From assembly GCA_052426225.1 (NCBI GenBank), contig JBNJNM010000011.1, forward strand, positions 62,001-126,000: 64,000 nucleotides of DNA, given 5' to 3'. Made by a program: the position numbers and the translations under genes. This document shows positions 25,619 through 38,631 of this stretch, piece after piece (position 1 is the first letter of the stretch; the number at the start of each line of letters is the position of its first letter). The notes below the pieces were generated by a model. The model was not told where the DNA came from and ran no database searches. It was given only the letters and a program-made list of their open reading frames with translations. This stretch comes from Zancudomyces culisetae HAW-14-8 (lineage: Eukaryota; Fungi; Kickxellomycota).

Positions 25619-26831
25619 CGAAAATTTGATCGTGTATATTGCTATTTATTTTAAAGTTCAGAAGGAGGAGTCGCAAGATTTTAGCAACCGTGTATTTTTT
25701 GTGGAAGTTAAAAAATATTCGACCAGCTGGTGAAGATTGATTAATAGTGGTTTATTTTGTCTTTTCTCTTTTCTCTTTTTTCTTTTCCTTCTTCTGGTAA
25801 TGCTAATCTGAGAAAAAAAAAACAACACAGTACCAAGTTTCAATGTTATTTCAAGAGATACCAAACTGAAAGGCCGAAATCAAATCATTCAGGGTTACCA
25901 TTCAAGCCAAAAATTCGAACATTTTTCTTGAGCTTTTCATAGCGAGATACTGGAGCACCAGCTAGATTTGATTTGTGATTTACACTATTATTCTAGAAAA
26001 AAAAATTTTTTTTTGTCAATTACTCAAGATAACCCCAACCTGATAAAAAAAAAATTGACCAAACCAACACCATAAAAAAATCGATTGTGGGGAATCATGA
26101 ATAGATCAAGAAAAGAGTCACAGAACTTTTATAGCAAAATTACCTGATAAAAGACACCAGGCATTGAAGCGTATTTAGCCTCACCACACTAAAGAAAATA
26201 TCTTTTTGTGCCCAAAGTATTGCTACAAGTTCAATCAATTATTTGGGCATACTGCATACTGCATCCATTACAATTACAATTCCTATTTTATTTTTATAAC
26301 TTATTTGATGATGGTTAGTACTTGACATTCTACGCCTTTTACTATTTGAATAGTCCTACCCGTTTTTACTACAAACGGTTTAATTAAAGCTCCTAGTTAG
26401 CCGGGATGAATAAATAATTTGCGTAGAAAACAAGAAAACCTCATCTTATTGGATACGGGCAAAACCTTCAAAGTTTACAGGGACACAATTATTTAACAGA
26501 AAACTCCTCACACAAACAAAATGCTAAATAACAGTGAAAACACCGGAAAGCTGTAATCGAACAAAGAGCATCAAACAATCAATGAAAATGCAGAAAACAA
26601 AGCTTAAAGCCGAGTCGAGGTGATAAAATAAACGAGAACAATTTTTTGGTTTTACTCTTTCATTTCCATGTTTTTGCTTTAGATATCTATATATAATTCT
26701 TGTATCCTTACATTAGCTACTTTGGTGTAATATTAATACCCTGCTAGGATCCAGGCCAAGTTTGCTTGGGATCCGGATGAATACATTGCCACTCTTTTGA
26801 TACAAAATACATAAAAGGTAATACGCACAAC

Positions 26832-28197
26832 ATGGAAAACCAGATCCGCAAAACTATAACCACAGTGGGCGGTCTGACAATATGCACCTTACTAGGCGTT
26901 GCCTTACGGTTCTGGATACGTGATTGGGCTAATTTCGTTACACCCGACGGTAACACCGGCAATATTGTCTTTGGCTTGATCTATGTACAAGTGCTGGGCT
27001 GTTTGATTATGGGATTTTTGGTTTATTCAAAACCAAAGTTTGTGGAAATATCCGAGTCATACTACATAGGTCTTACAGTGGGATTTTGTGGGTCGTTGAC
27101 CACCTTTTCATCGTGGCAAACAGACATTTCGTTGGTGATATTTGGGTTTGGAGAAATCAACGCTAGTCTTACTGGAGTCCAAAAGGTAAGTAAAAAGTTA
27201 ATTCAACGCGTTATTTGAGTCTCAAGCTCAACCACACCGACCACCACATATACTTAAATCTGTGCCTATTGATCAACGCTGCTTGATAAGCATATTGCCT
27301 TCAAAAATTCAAAAACAAAATATGTCAAAATTTGTAAATACCCCTATTTACATAGGCGATAAATGCTTGCTCGATACTTTTTGTCACTATTTCTGGATCC
27401 GTGTTTTTCTTTTATGTTGGAAACCATATATGGATGGGGATAAATGGTCATCTGTTATCGAATAGGGAAGGTATGTTAATCTACCATTCTTATATAGCTG
27501 TTTCAGGTGGGGAGGGGGTAGAGATAGTGAAGAAATAACCATCTTGTATCAAGAGTGGGTTTAAAAAACAAGTTTAAAAAAAACATCAAAAAATACTTTA
27601 GATCTACAGGAAGTGGATGATATCGATTTCGAGCCTAGTTCATCGGACTATGAGGTAGCAACCACACACAGAGCAAAGTCGTTGGTACTACTTGCCGTAC
27701 CAATTTTATTTTGTCTGTTATATCTAGGACTATTCGCACTAATGGTAGTTAAAGCTACATCGATACATCATTCTGAAAACACAGAAACTCCAAGTGATAT
27801 TTCCGAGCCGATGAAATTATTGGTAGCAATAACTTTTGGGCCTCCGGGCGCATTTTTTCGCTGGCAAATGTCTGTGCGCCTGAACAGGATCATAAACTCG
27901 TTTCCGATCGGAACATTTACCAGTAATATTGTGGCTTGTGTAGTTGCTGCGATAGTCGATAAGCTCATGCAAAACGCTATAGACGGCACGGCTGGGAAAC
28001 TCACTGGAATTACAGCTGTATTGCTTCAAGAAGGTGTAGTTACAGGCTTTTGTGGTAGTTTGAGCACTGTATCGAGTTTTGTATCTGAGCTTGTCACGGT
28101 TATTGATTCCAAGCATATAATCAAAAAGTACACTTACTTTTTCACCTCTGTGATAGTATCGCAAATTTTAATTGCTATCATATTCTTAACAGTGTGA
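26832..28197 (+). CDS. FEX1: Fluoride exporter FEX (two fused CrcB/Fluc domains), 3 exons
   Basis: Exons 26832-27185, 27356-27470, 27602-28197. LGVALR, GCLIMG, GLTVGFCGSLTTFSSW; second repeat GPPGAFFRW, FPIGTFTSN, TGFCGSLSTVSSFVSE. Confidence 0.93.
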
Positions 28198-29001
28198 GTT
28201 GAGTGCAAGGTTTAAGTGTTATTTTTTTGCGTAACACTGAAGATAAAAGATTAATTATTGTAACAGTTTTTTTGTAAACGCTATTATTGTAAATATATGT
28301 ATGTACTGTTGTTCGTGTACCTGTGTAAATATACCCTATAGTGAAAGGAACAACGACAGGTAATGTCAAAACAGAGGTACCTGTTGTTGAACCGAGTATC
28401 GATAAGATATATTCCATTGTCTCGTTTTTACTGTCTTTTTTTCCCTTTTTTTCTTTTTGCATTTTTTTGCTCTATTCTGTATTAAAATGTATTTTTGTGT
28501 TTTAATTTGAATTTCGACATACACAAAAGAAAATGAAGGCAAATAGATAATAAAAATAAACCAAAGTGTGATTTGAAACATAGGAATGTTATAGGCTGGA
28601 TTATCTTTTTTTACTGAAGTTCATTTGTCGAAATTACCATTTGCTAATTAAGTTTTTGGTTATTAAAAGTCTCGTGAAGTAAAAAAAAAAAAGTGCGAAA
28701 AGGCAAAAATCTGTTAAGGAATAGTGAATAAACTGGTGAATAAATTATCGAGCAAATAAGTAAAAGAAAAGCGTAAAATGCAATTTTATAGATTTGGCTT
28801 GAAATGGCAAAATAGAAGAAAAAAAGTAAAAAACAATAAAATCTCTTTAGTAAATTCATGAAGCTAGTTTAAGTAATTGTATATAAAAAACACCTACAGA
28901 CGCTAAAAACTACTGAGAATTATAAAGGTGTAGGGAAGAAAGAACGGGATACCCGATATACTAATATTGAGGAAAAGAAAGAGGAAAAGTGGTAAACAAA
29001 A

Positions 29002-31245
29002 ATGCAAGGAATATCCCCGGGCAGAAAAAGAACGCGGCCCGCAAAGTACATGGATATGGAGCCATTTGACGTCGAAAAGGACAGCAGTGTGGTGAATGGG
29101 GGTGTCAAAAAGAGTACAAACAACAGATCTCAGCCCCATGCTGAAGGAAATGGCAATGGCAATGGGAATGGCAGCAGCAATGGCGATGTGGGCAGAAAGA
29201 GAAAAAGGAATGGGAAAAGGGGAATTGGCAAAAGAGGTAAAGAGGAATCAGAGCAGCTTGATGTGAGTCGATTGAATGGAAAATTTGAGGTGGAAGACGA
29301 AGAGGAGGAAGAGCTGTGTGTTGGTGGCGGAGAGGGAGAAGGAGAAGGAGAGGTGGTGACGGAGGCAGGGCATGGGTTTGAACAGGAGTATATGGAAGAG
29401 GAGGAGGATGAAGGGGTTGTTAGATGCATGTGTAATAACAGAAATGACTATGAAATGATGATCCAGTGTGAGGAGTGTCATGTTTGGCAACACACTTTTT
29501 GCGTTGGAATTCGGGATGAAAAAAACATACCTGAGCTGTACTATTGCGAGGAATGCAGGGCTGAGGATCATCCTTATATTAATCAGCGACCACGGGGAGT
29601 GGCGCTGGCTAGAGAAGCTGAGCTCTGGAGTACAAAGGTGGCCACAGGTGTTAGAAAAGCAGCGATGGCAGCCACAGCAGCGCTGTCTGCTATCGGGAGC
29701 AGTAATACCAGTTTTGGGATTAGACCTAGAAGTAGAAATGGTAGTGTTACTGGTTCTAAAGATAATAACAGTACTAACAAGGAGACAAAAATGCAATTGA
29801 TTAAGAAGGGAGGAAGAAAAAAGAGGAAGAAAGTAAGCAACGAGTTTGCTGATGATATAAAGGAGAGCATGGTTAGCAGTACACGGAACAGAAGAAGAGG
29901 AGTGAACAGTATGTCTGGACTGGGTACATGTCCAGCTACAAGTACAAGCATGAATAAACAGAATGATGGGCTCAAGAAAGAAGGAGGGGAAAAGCAAAAT
30001 GGTGTAGTGGTAAAAGATAAAGAGATAACTGATGAGGAAGTCGATATTGATGACAAAGGAAAAAAAGGTAGTTTTACTGAAAATAAACTTAAGGAAGAAA
30101 AGGGAGAGGAGGAGGAAGAGAGAAAAAAGGTGCGTGTAGAGGAAACTGAAAAAAGCAAGAGCTCTAAACAAGGAAAGAATAAAATGATGATGGTCGATAT
30201 ACTACCACCAGCAATCAAGAGTTCATCAATAAGCAACAGACAAGGAAGCTCAAGTATCAAGATTCGCTTTCCACCAGCACGATCCAGCCTAAATGATATG
30301 TATAAAAGAAGCAAGCAGTTAATCGAGTATTTAGAGACCAAACAGTCTGAGCTGGAGATGGAACTAGCTATTCTTGAGCAATCAAACTATTTTGATCCAG
30401 ATGTTTGTATTTGTGGAAACAACACGGGGAACGCAAGAGTGAGTAAGCAGAAAAAAAAGTCTACGTTATCGCTAACACAGACAGAAAAGCCTGTCAGTAC
30501 AGCTGAGGATAGCAGTGCTAACATTGTGAGTTTGGTGTCAACATCTACGTCTTCAACAGTATCGACATCCTCATCAACTTTGGCGATGGCAACGGCTAAC
30601 GGGTTCAGTATTTCCCCCGCAACATCCGTACCTAGCACCCCGATACAAACAAAGTCCCTAAACTTTCTCTATGAAAAGAGCCAAAGTGTCTGTATAAGTA
30701 ATAATATCGCGAGTGCTAAAAACCTTTCTTTGATAGTTCCTGCAACAATAACTGCACCTAATTCACCACAGCATTTTTCGTCTTCCTCCTCCCATTCAAA
30801 TACAATTATAAATGGTAGAAGTTCAAGAAAGACATTTTCCCCTCCACCACACATACCATCTACCTCCACCACAGACGCGACTGTTGTATCTTTGCCCTTA
30901 GATTGCTCTTCACAACCTCGTCTCAATGCTTATAGGAATTTGTTGCTTGAAGACCAAGAATCCTCTGCTTCTGCACCATCTTCCTCGAAAAGCCTAGTAT
31001 TTAACACCCAGCATCCAACATCCTCGTCTAAATCTACCGCCACATCATTTTTGTTTTCCTCTGCCAAATCTCACTGCTCTTCAGCATCAGTATCAGCCTC
31101 AACATCAGCATCATCAGCACACTCGTCTACGCGTCCTAACAGCATCAATTGTTTATATTGTCATCTAAACCAAGCTAGGGCTTTATTTGCCCAACTAGAT
31201 CAACTTTCAACCGAGCTTGTTGAATTTCAAAAAATGTGTTTATAA
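29002..31245 (+). CDS. CTI6: PHD-finger Rpd3L/HDAC-associated protein, Cti6-like
   Basis: VVRCMC..MIQCEECHVWQHTFCVGI..PELYYCEECRAEDH PHD finger; PPARSSLNDMYKRSKQLIEYLETKQSEL helix resembles the Cti6 C-terminal motif. Confidence 0.8.
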   Translation: MQGISPGRKRTRPAKYMDMEPFDVEKDSSVVNGGVKKSTNNRSQPHAEGNGNGNGNGSSNGDVGRKRKRNGKRGIGKRGKEESEQLDVSRLNGKFEVEDEEEEELCVGGGEGEGEGEVVTEAGHGFEQEYMEEEEDEGVVRCMCNNRNDYEMMIQCEECHVWQHTFCVGIRDEKNIPELYYCEECRAEDHPYINQRPRGVALAREAELWSTKVATGVRKAAMAATAALSAIGSSNTSFGIRPRSRNGSVTGSKDNNSTNKETKMQLIKKGGRKKRKKVSNEFADDIKESMVSSTRNRRRGVNSMSGLGTCPATSTSMNKQNDGLKKEGGEKQNGVVVKDKEITDEEVDIDDKGKKGSFTENKLKEEKGEEEEERKKVRVEETEKSKSSKQGKNKMMMVDILPPAIKSSSISNRQGSSSIKIRFPPARSSLNDMYKRSKQLIEYLETKQSELEMELAILEQSNYFDPDVCICGNNTGNARVSKQKKKSTLSLTQTEKPVSTAEDSSANIVSLVSTSTSSTVSTSSSTLAMATANGFSISPATSVPSTPIQTKSLNFLYEKSQSVCISNNIASAKNLSLIVPATITAPNSPQHFSSSSSHSNTIINGRSSRKTFSPPPHIPSTSTTDATVVSLPLDCSSQPRLNAYRNLLLEDQESSASAPSSSKSLVFNTQHPTSSSKSTATSFLFSSAKSHCSSASVSASTSASSAHSSTRPNSINCLYCHLNQARALFAQLDQLSTELVEFQKMCL

Positions 31246-32593
31246 AGCCTTTTCAATTATTCTTGAGTCTTTTTTATTTATTCTTAATAGTATGACCACT
31301 TGGCAATGCCAGCTATATGCAATCAAATTTTATTAGTATTTTTTATTTTCCGCAAGAGTACTTGGTGGTGGTAGTTTAATGTATATATTAATAGATTTAA
31401 TAATACAAACACACATTTTTAAACAGGTTACACATTTCCTGTTTTGGATTAAATAGATAACATGTGAGCAGAGCATTGGCAAAGCTTTACTGGTATATAC
31501 GCAGGGTGAACTCCGTGTGACAATAGAAGAATATACACCGCAGAACTTTTTCGGCTTCGACACACATCATCATCATCCAGGTCTTTGAAAAACTGGATTA
31601 TGGATCCTGGTATTTATTTTTATTAATATTAATTTACTTTTGATAATTATACAATTACAAAACGAATGTTGAGTGATTAATTGTCACATCCCACTTTGCT
31701 CTGAGTTACATGTAAAAGAATGGATGTTTATTTACAAATAACATCACACTATACTTTGGATTGTGTTTTGTTGCTATTTCCGTTGAAATTTCAATTATGA
31801 ACCATACATAACTATACGGTTGAAGGAAGATATGATGATGAAAAGTCATACTCTTAGCATACGTGCATATGTTTATATGTACATTTATATTCGTAAATAT
31901 TTGCAAAAGTGTTTGCTGACACTACAAAAGCTTGATTTCATCAACGATTATGATGTATATTTGGTCTTAAATGTGTACGGATAAATGTTTGGGGCTCCGG
32001 TAGCATGTTTTTGGGAAATAGGCCTTTTCATTCATTTATTTATTTGTGTACAGTCAAGTGCAATCTTAAATGCATGATAGTCATTTTTTTTAACCAGTGG
32101 TTCGTGATGGGATTCAAAGCATCAACCAGAAGAGAGACATAGAAGTATTTGCATGAACATTTGTAGTTTTACAAATTGCCAGGCAAGAACGCAACAATGG
32201 CAAAATATCAAAAGCGGTGCTACCATTTGATGGGAAGACAAAATATTTAACCAAATGCAGGTGGTGTGGCCAAAGGAAATGCATGTAAACGCTCTAGAGG
32301 TTTTACAGGTGTAACAGGTCACTTTTTTCAAACTGTGTGGCTATACCCAATAAAAACTCCATACAATTAGTTTATGTACCAGATATTTCTGCCAAAAAAA
32401 ATAAGGGATGAGAATGAGCTATATGAAAACAAATGATCAATTTGTTGCATACCAAAGCTTTCACGTTTTTTCAACTCCATTATTTTGTTGTATAACTTTA
32501 AAAATATTCGAGTTTTTCTGTTATAAAAAGGTATAACGAGTATCAAAAAACAAATTTTTTTACAGGTAATAATAGCGCCAAACCATTATCAAT

Positions 32594-33067
32594 ATGATGA
32601 CATATGCTGTGATATTTACAACAGTGGCGATCTTAACACTGGTTATATGTTTATACATCATAAATTATACACGTAAACCGCACAAAAAGATGCAACCAGT
32701 ACACACAGCTAAGAGTGAAAACAATCAGATAATCGAGATAGGGGATGATGAATCGATCAACAACGAAAAGGTATCCCTACCTGAAAATGAAGAACTTGCA
32801 TTTAATTCACCACAAGAAATAGAAAAGTACACAATTGTAGTGGGGTACAACATTATCAAAAACATTGATAATTGCAAAAACGAGCGGAGCCAGTTTTGCG
32901 TGCTCTGCAGCGACAGGATGAAAAAATCTAACCTAGTCAGAGATCTGCCATGTAAACACGTATTTCATGTATCATGCCTAGATTATCATTTACTTAACAA
33001 CTCTGTTCTTTGCCCGGTCTGTAAGATTAATCTACACTCAACCCCAGATATATTAGAGGTAAAGTAG
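32594..33067 (+). CDS. Single-TM RING-H2 E3 ligase-like protein
   Basis: N-terminal TM; CVLC..LVRDLPCKHVFHVSCLDYHL..LCPVCK. Confidence 0.85.
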   Translation: MMTYAVIFTTVAILTLVICLYIINYTRKPHKKMQPVHTAKSENNQIIEIGDDESINNEKVSLPENEELAFNSPQEIEKYTIVVGYNIIKNIDNCKNERSQFCVLCSDRMKKSNLVRDLPCKHVFHVSCLDYHLLNNSVLCPVCKINLHSTPDILEVK

Positions 33068-34204
33068 ATGCTTCGGAGGGGGGTTCCGCTTTGCATTTTA
33101 AGGAAATGTATAAATATTAGCCCTTTTGGATACGCTGTCACTTTACATTTTTCGCTAGCCCATAGGAGGATATTCATTAAGAATCTGATTAGCTTTGCTA
33201 TCTCACTATAAAAAAACTAAAGTGAATTGTGCCGCACCAGAGTATATTGTCCGGAGTATTCATACGTGGCTACAATACGGCCTCAATCAAGACCATCCAC
33301 ACAAAATAGCCCGGAACCGTGCCAACACATGGATTTGATATATTATTCAATTATAAGTAAAAGCTAGTTATAGAAGCATGCAGCTCATTTTCTACATTAC
33401 TTGGAATGTAGTTTACAATTCTCACGCAAAGGCAATCGGAACTAACCATTCATCTGTCTTGTTACAAAAGCAAAAAGACAGATAAAAGTGCCAAAAGCCC
33501 AGTTTGGAAAACAATAAACACAATTCTCGTTAGAGAAACTTTGATCTTGCCATGCTTTTCCCTGACAAACAACCCCACTGAAAGAAAAAAAAAATGTTAC
33601 TTCTTTTTTTGGAAAATGTTGTCTAGGATATATAAGCTGGCGGAATATTAAGCAAAGTTTCCCATATTTGGGTGGAAATAAGCGATATATATAGTAATTC
33701 TAAATTGCGTGCACCATTCACACTGGTGCGGGGTGTCTTGGTGCTGTAGAACTTTATTCTACTATTCCCCGACAATCCACCCAAAAATTCAAAATTGAAA
33801 ATAACCTATTTTATAGCTTATGGGGCTTATTTTTATTTGATATTTTAGAATATAGATGAGTAAAATAAATCAAATATAACCAGTTTGAGAAAATAGTTAA
33901 TAGCAAATCTGTTTAGCACTTGGGTAACTGACAAGTTTAAGGTTCAATGCACTTTCCTTTTACAATCTTGGAATGGAATGAAAACATTTTACAAAAATAT
34001 TATTCGAATTTGGTATGATTCTTTAAAAAAAGGGGAATGAGGAGAAAGGTAGGTGTTGTGTCAAGTTGGTAATTCGTAATAAACAGCGAGCCACATACAC
34101 TCAACAATATATGCTCCCAATGATTTGCTAGTTCTGTTATTCCTTTTTGGATATCATAGACAGATTTTGCGGCATAACAAAGAATAAACAATAACACGAG
34201 AAAA

Positions 34205-36073
34205 ATGAAGGTCTTTGGGACAGGTCTGAATGTTTTCCAGCAAAGCGTTCCAATAGATGACAATATTGATCTAAAGCAGAAGGTTGCTGTATTCGAGCCT
34301 ATACTTTTAAAGAATATAGACCGGATAATTGGTGTAAACTGGGGCACAACAGTATCTTTAAAAGGTACAGTAAAATAGCAATAGTTTTCATCAATATAAT
34401 ATTAATAAGTGTGAATTTAGTATTAGAACTAGTCTAAAGCTTTATTGCTGTACACTCTTCGACCATTGTATTAAAATTAGGTTCAAACATCGCTTGTTTA
34501 GGAAGAAATAAGGAGGTAAAGATCGGTGATAAGGAATTCGAAATAGCGGAATCAGGAAATGTGGAAAGCAGCAATGTAATAGCGAAAATAATGGATTGTA
34601 GCAATATAACGCTTTTGGGAGAGAACTTCGAGCTTATTTTTCTAAAAAACGAAGGGAATATTATGGTTCAACAACTAAGTCATGGGGAGGCAGGGCTGTA
34701 TTACAAAATTAATTTTCCATTCAAAATACAAGAAATATGTTGTAGTGACGAGGGTCAAGTTGGTATGATAACACATGAAGGGAGGATTGTTGTTGTGGAA
34801 ACCCAGGAGCTTGCAAAAATTGTAGAGGGAAAGAGTGAAAAGTTATCGGATCTTTACACGTTTTATAAACTTTATAATGATACACGAGAAGGCGGTGTTT
34901 TTGCCGGAACCGATGACTTTCTCAGTACAAAATTTACCAAAATATGCGCAGGAAATTCTCATTTTTTGGCACTGAGCGATTCTTCCAAACAGGTTTATAG
35001 CTGGGGAAAGAGTTGGTAAGGTGTATAGTTTGTGAAAATACATATAAAGCAGCGTAGACGAGGAAATTTTACTAATGATCATTACCCAATTGTACGAACA
35101 AAAGGTATGGGCAAGCAGGTCATGGAACCATTTACCCGATTCAAAAGCCAGAGGTGATTCAAGCTCTACAAGGAATAGAGATAAAAGAAATTGCGTGTGG
35201 AGCGTTTCACTCGGTTTTTATTACAGGTAAAGTGGATTTATTTGTGTGTATATACGTGTGTAGCTTTTGGTGTTGCTGGTAAGAATCCCATTCTCCAGCA
35301 AGTCTTGAAAAGTATTAAATGACAAAATAAACATAGATGATGGATTTCTGTATACTTGTGGGCTAAATGAATATGGACAGTTGGGTAGATCAGAGTTCAT
35401 CAATCAATACAAAAAGAAGCACAATGATATCGCCAAAGACAGTCAAGTGCAAAATGATGGTAATAAATTGACCTCTGCGATCAGATGTATCAATGAGCAA
35501 CAATTTTATTCGCTACCTGAACCAGTTGAGTATTTTGAAATTCGAGATAACCATGATAAAAACAACGATATGACCAGCAATACCATTATCGATACCAATA
35601 CTGGCCTTGGCACCGACTCTAGTGTTTGTAGCACCAGTAATCGAAACAAGGGACTGGGAACTGATCAAATTAAGCATAGCAGCGGAAAATACGTTGACCC
35701 AGTGGTATACGAGGCGAGCTGTGGGCAGTTCCATACGCTAATAAGCACGGATTTGGGAGTATTTTCATGTGGCTGGGCTAAATATGGGCAGCTGGGATAT
35801 CATCCATTGCAAAGTGACGAAACTAGTGGCAACAGCAGCAGTATCAGACTTCATCTAGAACCTTCAAATACATCGAAAAATTGTAGCTTTATATTTAGAA
35901 GAATCGACTATTATAATGATGACTCACAGATGGCTGGTTCCAAAGTCAACGGAGGCAATAGTGGAAGTACCACTGATTATCTCGAGGTGGATATTGCAAA
36001 AGATGAAGCAAATATAAACATTTTAAAGGCAAAGGTTATGTGCGGGCCTTGGAATTCGTTTATTTTGATTTAA
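34205..36073 (+). CDS. RCC1-repeat protein (RCCD1-like), 4 exons
   Basis: Exons 34205-34364, 34481-35015, 35105-35226, 35337-36073. Repeats ICAGNSHFLAL..VYSWG.SWYGQAGHG, IACGAFHSVFIT..LYTCGLNEYGQLG, SCGQFHTLI..FSCGWAKYGQLG, CGPWNSF. Confidence 0.88.
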
Positions 36074-36440
36074 CAGTAATTAAATTTAGATCTTGAATAC
36101 ATGTTATACCATATGTATATCAATAAATGTGTAAATAAATAATCATTATTCGCCAATCTTTATAAAGCGAAAAAAAAACTAGAATAGGGGATATGGATAA
36201 GGGCGTAGGATATGAAGGTGTAGAGGTGTTATTGGGGTTAAATGAAAGTGGGAATAGGTCCGGGGGGGGGAAGTAAAAGTAAAAGTAATAATAATAGTAT
36301 TAATAAAATCAAAAGTAAAAGTACGAATTGGGGTAGGAATAAGGATAACGGTAACGGTAACGGTAAGGAGCCCCATCACTAAAATATAACATGATGCAGC
36401 AATGCTAATAATCAAACATCCAAATACATAAACTCAAAGA

Positions 36441-37966
36441 CTATGCCCTGCAATGACTCCAAACTATTAATAGCGGAAAATACAATTTAAATTTTAAAAC
36501 CAATCAATCACAACCTCTTTGTACCTACAACAAGTAGGCAAACATATGCAGGAAAAAAGTGATATAAAAATAACTTACAAGGAAAACCACAGATAGAGCA
36601 GATAATGATATAGAAAGCAGCCTATTCACAGTATTATTGATATTTCTTTTGAGAACCGGTAATTCGATAAATTTATAGTTACCACTGTGAAGTATAATGT
36701 AAAATGAACTTACAAAAACGCAACATATCAGCATAAAAACAAGTTTTTGGTTTTTCCACCACATTTGCCTTCTAATCATCGTACTTTTCTGACGAAACGC
36801 AAAGGCGTTTGTAGATAAAGCATTCGTCTTGTCAACCAAGGTGTCGATCCGATCGCCTCTTTCTAGCACTCGTTCTATATTTTGCACCATAATATTTTTC
36901 ACTTGGTTTATTTCCGTTTGGACATGCCTGATGGGATCAGTGCTCTGGTCCCTTGAAAAGTGAGCCTATAATACAGGTAGTGAGATGAGTATTCATAATA
37001 TACAATCCTATGATAAAATTTTTCCTTAAGGTTGATACATTTATCTTCTGTCAATACTCTTGAAATGTGTTCTAGTACAAAATTTACGAATTGGTTACCA
37101 TTTCTCGATAAAGCACTTTTTCAAAATCTAGATATTTTCGCGTGGCCCCGTTGTTATCGATATCATCGCTTTCGTTTCCACTGTAGTCACCAGCATCGTC
37201 AATGTTATAAGTTGTAAAAAACTGCGACTGAATTTCTTTTAGAAAGGCAAAGGGAATTCTTCGTCCTGTTTCGATAAGATATAAAGGATTATCAAAGGTT
37301 CTAGCATATTTTATCATGGTTAACCTGTAATTTTGAGTTCAAACAACATGCTCAGCAAATTAATAACTAGATAGTCAAATAAGAAGATAGTGTTACCAAA
37401 ATCTTCGTTTGCTACACACAGGAATATGTATCCATTTTGACAAGCATAATGAAACAGGTTTCTATTTTTTTTTTAAAAAGAAAAAAAAGGTTTTCAGAAA
37501 CGGTTAGTTGGTATTACAATAAATTTAGTTATTTATCAAGATATCACACAGACTTATAACCTACCGTTCGTAAGCGTATGACAATTTTGAGTTTGTGTTT
37601 GGCATTCGTTCGAAAATGGCTTTTATCACTATAAATTCAGTACAGCAGACCTGCGATTAAATTACTCGTTCCTAAAATTGTATAACTACATCAATGTCCA
37701 TATCTAGACGGAGTACTACCTTGTGAATAATCGTTTGAGGATATTGAATGTTTGGCTAGAATTGCTTTGGTTTTATTATTCGCAACCAAGGAGTACACAA
37801 TCCCTCTATTAGCTCCCATTCCACTAACAGCGCTGGTGCTTGCACCAACATTTGGACTACCAAGATTACTATTAGCACTTCTTCCGCTGAATCTTGAGGG
37901 CGAATTGGTTGGGATTGGGCTGTAGCTTGCACCCTGGTAATTTTGGCTGGATTTGTTTTTTGACAT
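36441..37966 (-). CDS. VAMP7: Longin R-SNARE VAMP7/Nyv1-like, 7 exons
   Basis: Spliced longin domain (IVYSLVA..ILAKH; SKLSYAYERNLFHY..GYIFLCVANEDFGRRIPFAFLKEI), SNARE motif VKNIMVQNIERVLERGDRIDTLVDKT, MWWKN, TM, and terminal ICGFPFWSHCRA*. Confidence 0.92.
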
Positions 37967-38631
37967 TGCCAGGATTTATTTATACCTCGTTTATCTGTTC
38001 GAATATATTTATTATAATTGCTATTATATGTCACTGTTTTATAGTATGTATTAAAATTTGCGTATTTCGTTTGTTTAGCTTGTGTCCATAAACCCGTACC
38101 AGTTTTTTTACTTTTTTAAAATATAATTAAGGAACAGGAGTTACTCGAACTTATTAATATATTTACTTGCTTAAATATGCCGGGTTGTTAATTTGCTGCT
38201 TTATTTTCCCAGTTTCATTCCCGTAGTGAATAAAGGAGGTTAAAATTGAAATGGTGCAAAACATGGGTCTGGGTAATTTGCGAATTTTCCCTTTCTCAGT
38301 TTGTTTATTTTCTCGTGACCAGCTTTTATTTTTTCCGTAGATTTTTCCAAGCGTAGAACCAGAATGCCAAATTAACTTTGCTCGGGAATCAACCCATAAA
38401 TCGAAAAAAGGCAATTTAAAACTACCATAGATGATAAAATATGAACATAATCGCCAATATTTTGTAAATTCATTTCTGGAATCGCTGATTCAAAAACCTT
38501 TTATTTCATATATCGTGTATTTTAAAAAAAATTAACGGAGACTGCTACAAAGAAGAATCTACAAATACGGAATAACGCGGAAAAAACAACTTTTATCCAA
38601 AAGTACAAGTAACGCAAACACAAAAATAAAG

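Noticed and set aside
26748-26831. In-frame TGA-x-x-Cys (CLGSG*IHCH) upstream of FEX1, suggesting a selenocysteine UxxC extension; some early-diverging fungi use Sec
   Set aside because: No in-frame upstream ATG or exon found, and the downstream hairpin lacks a properly registered SECIS core.
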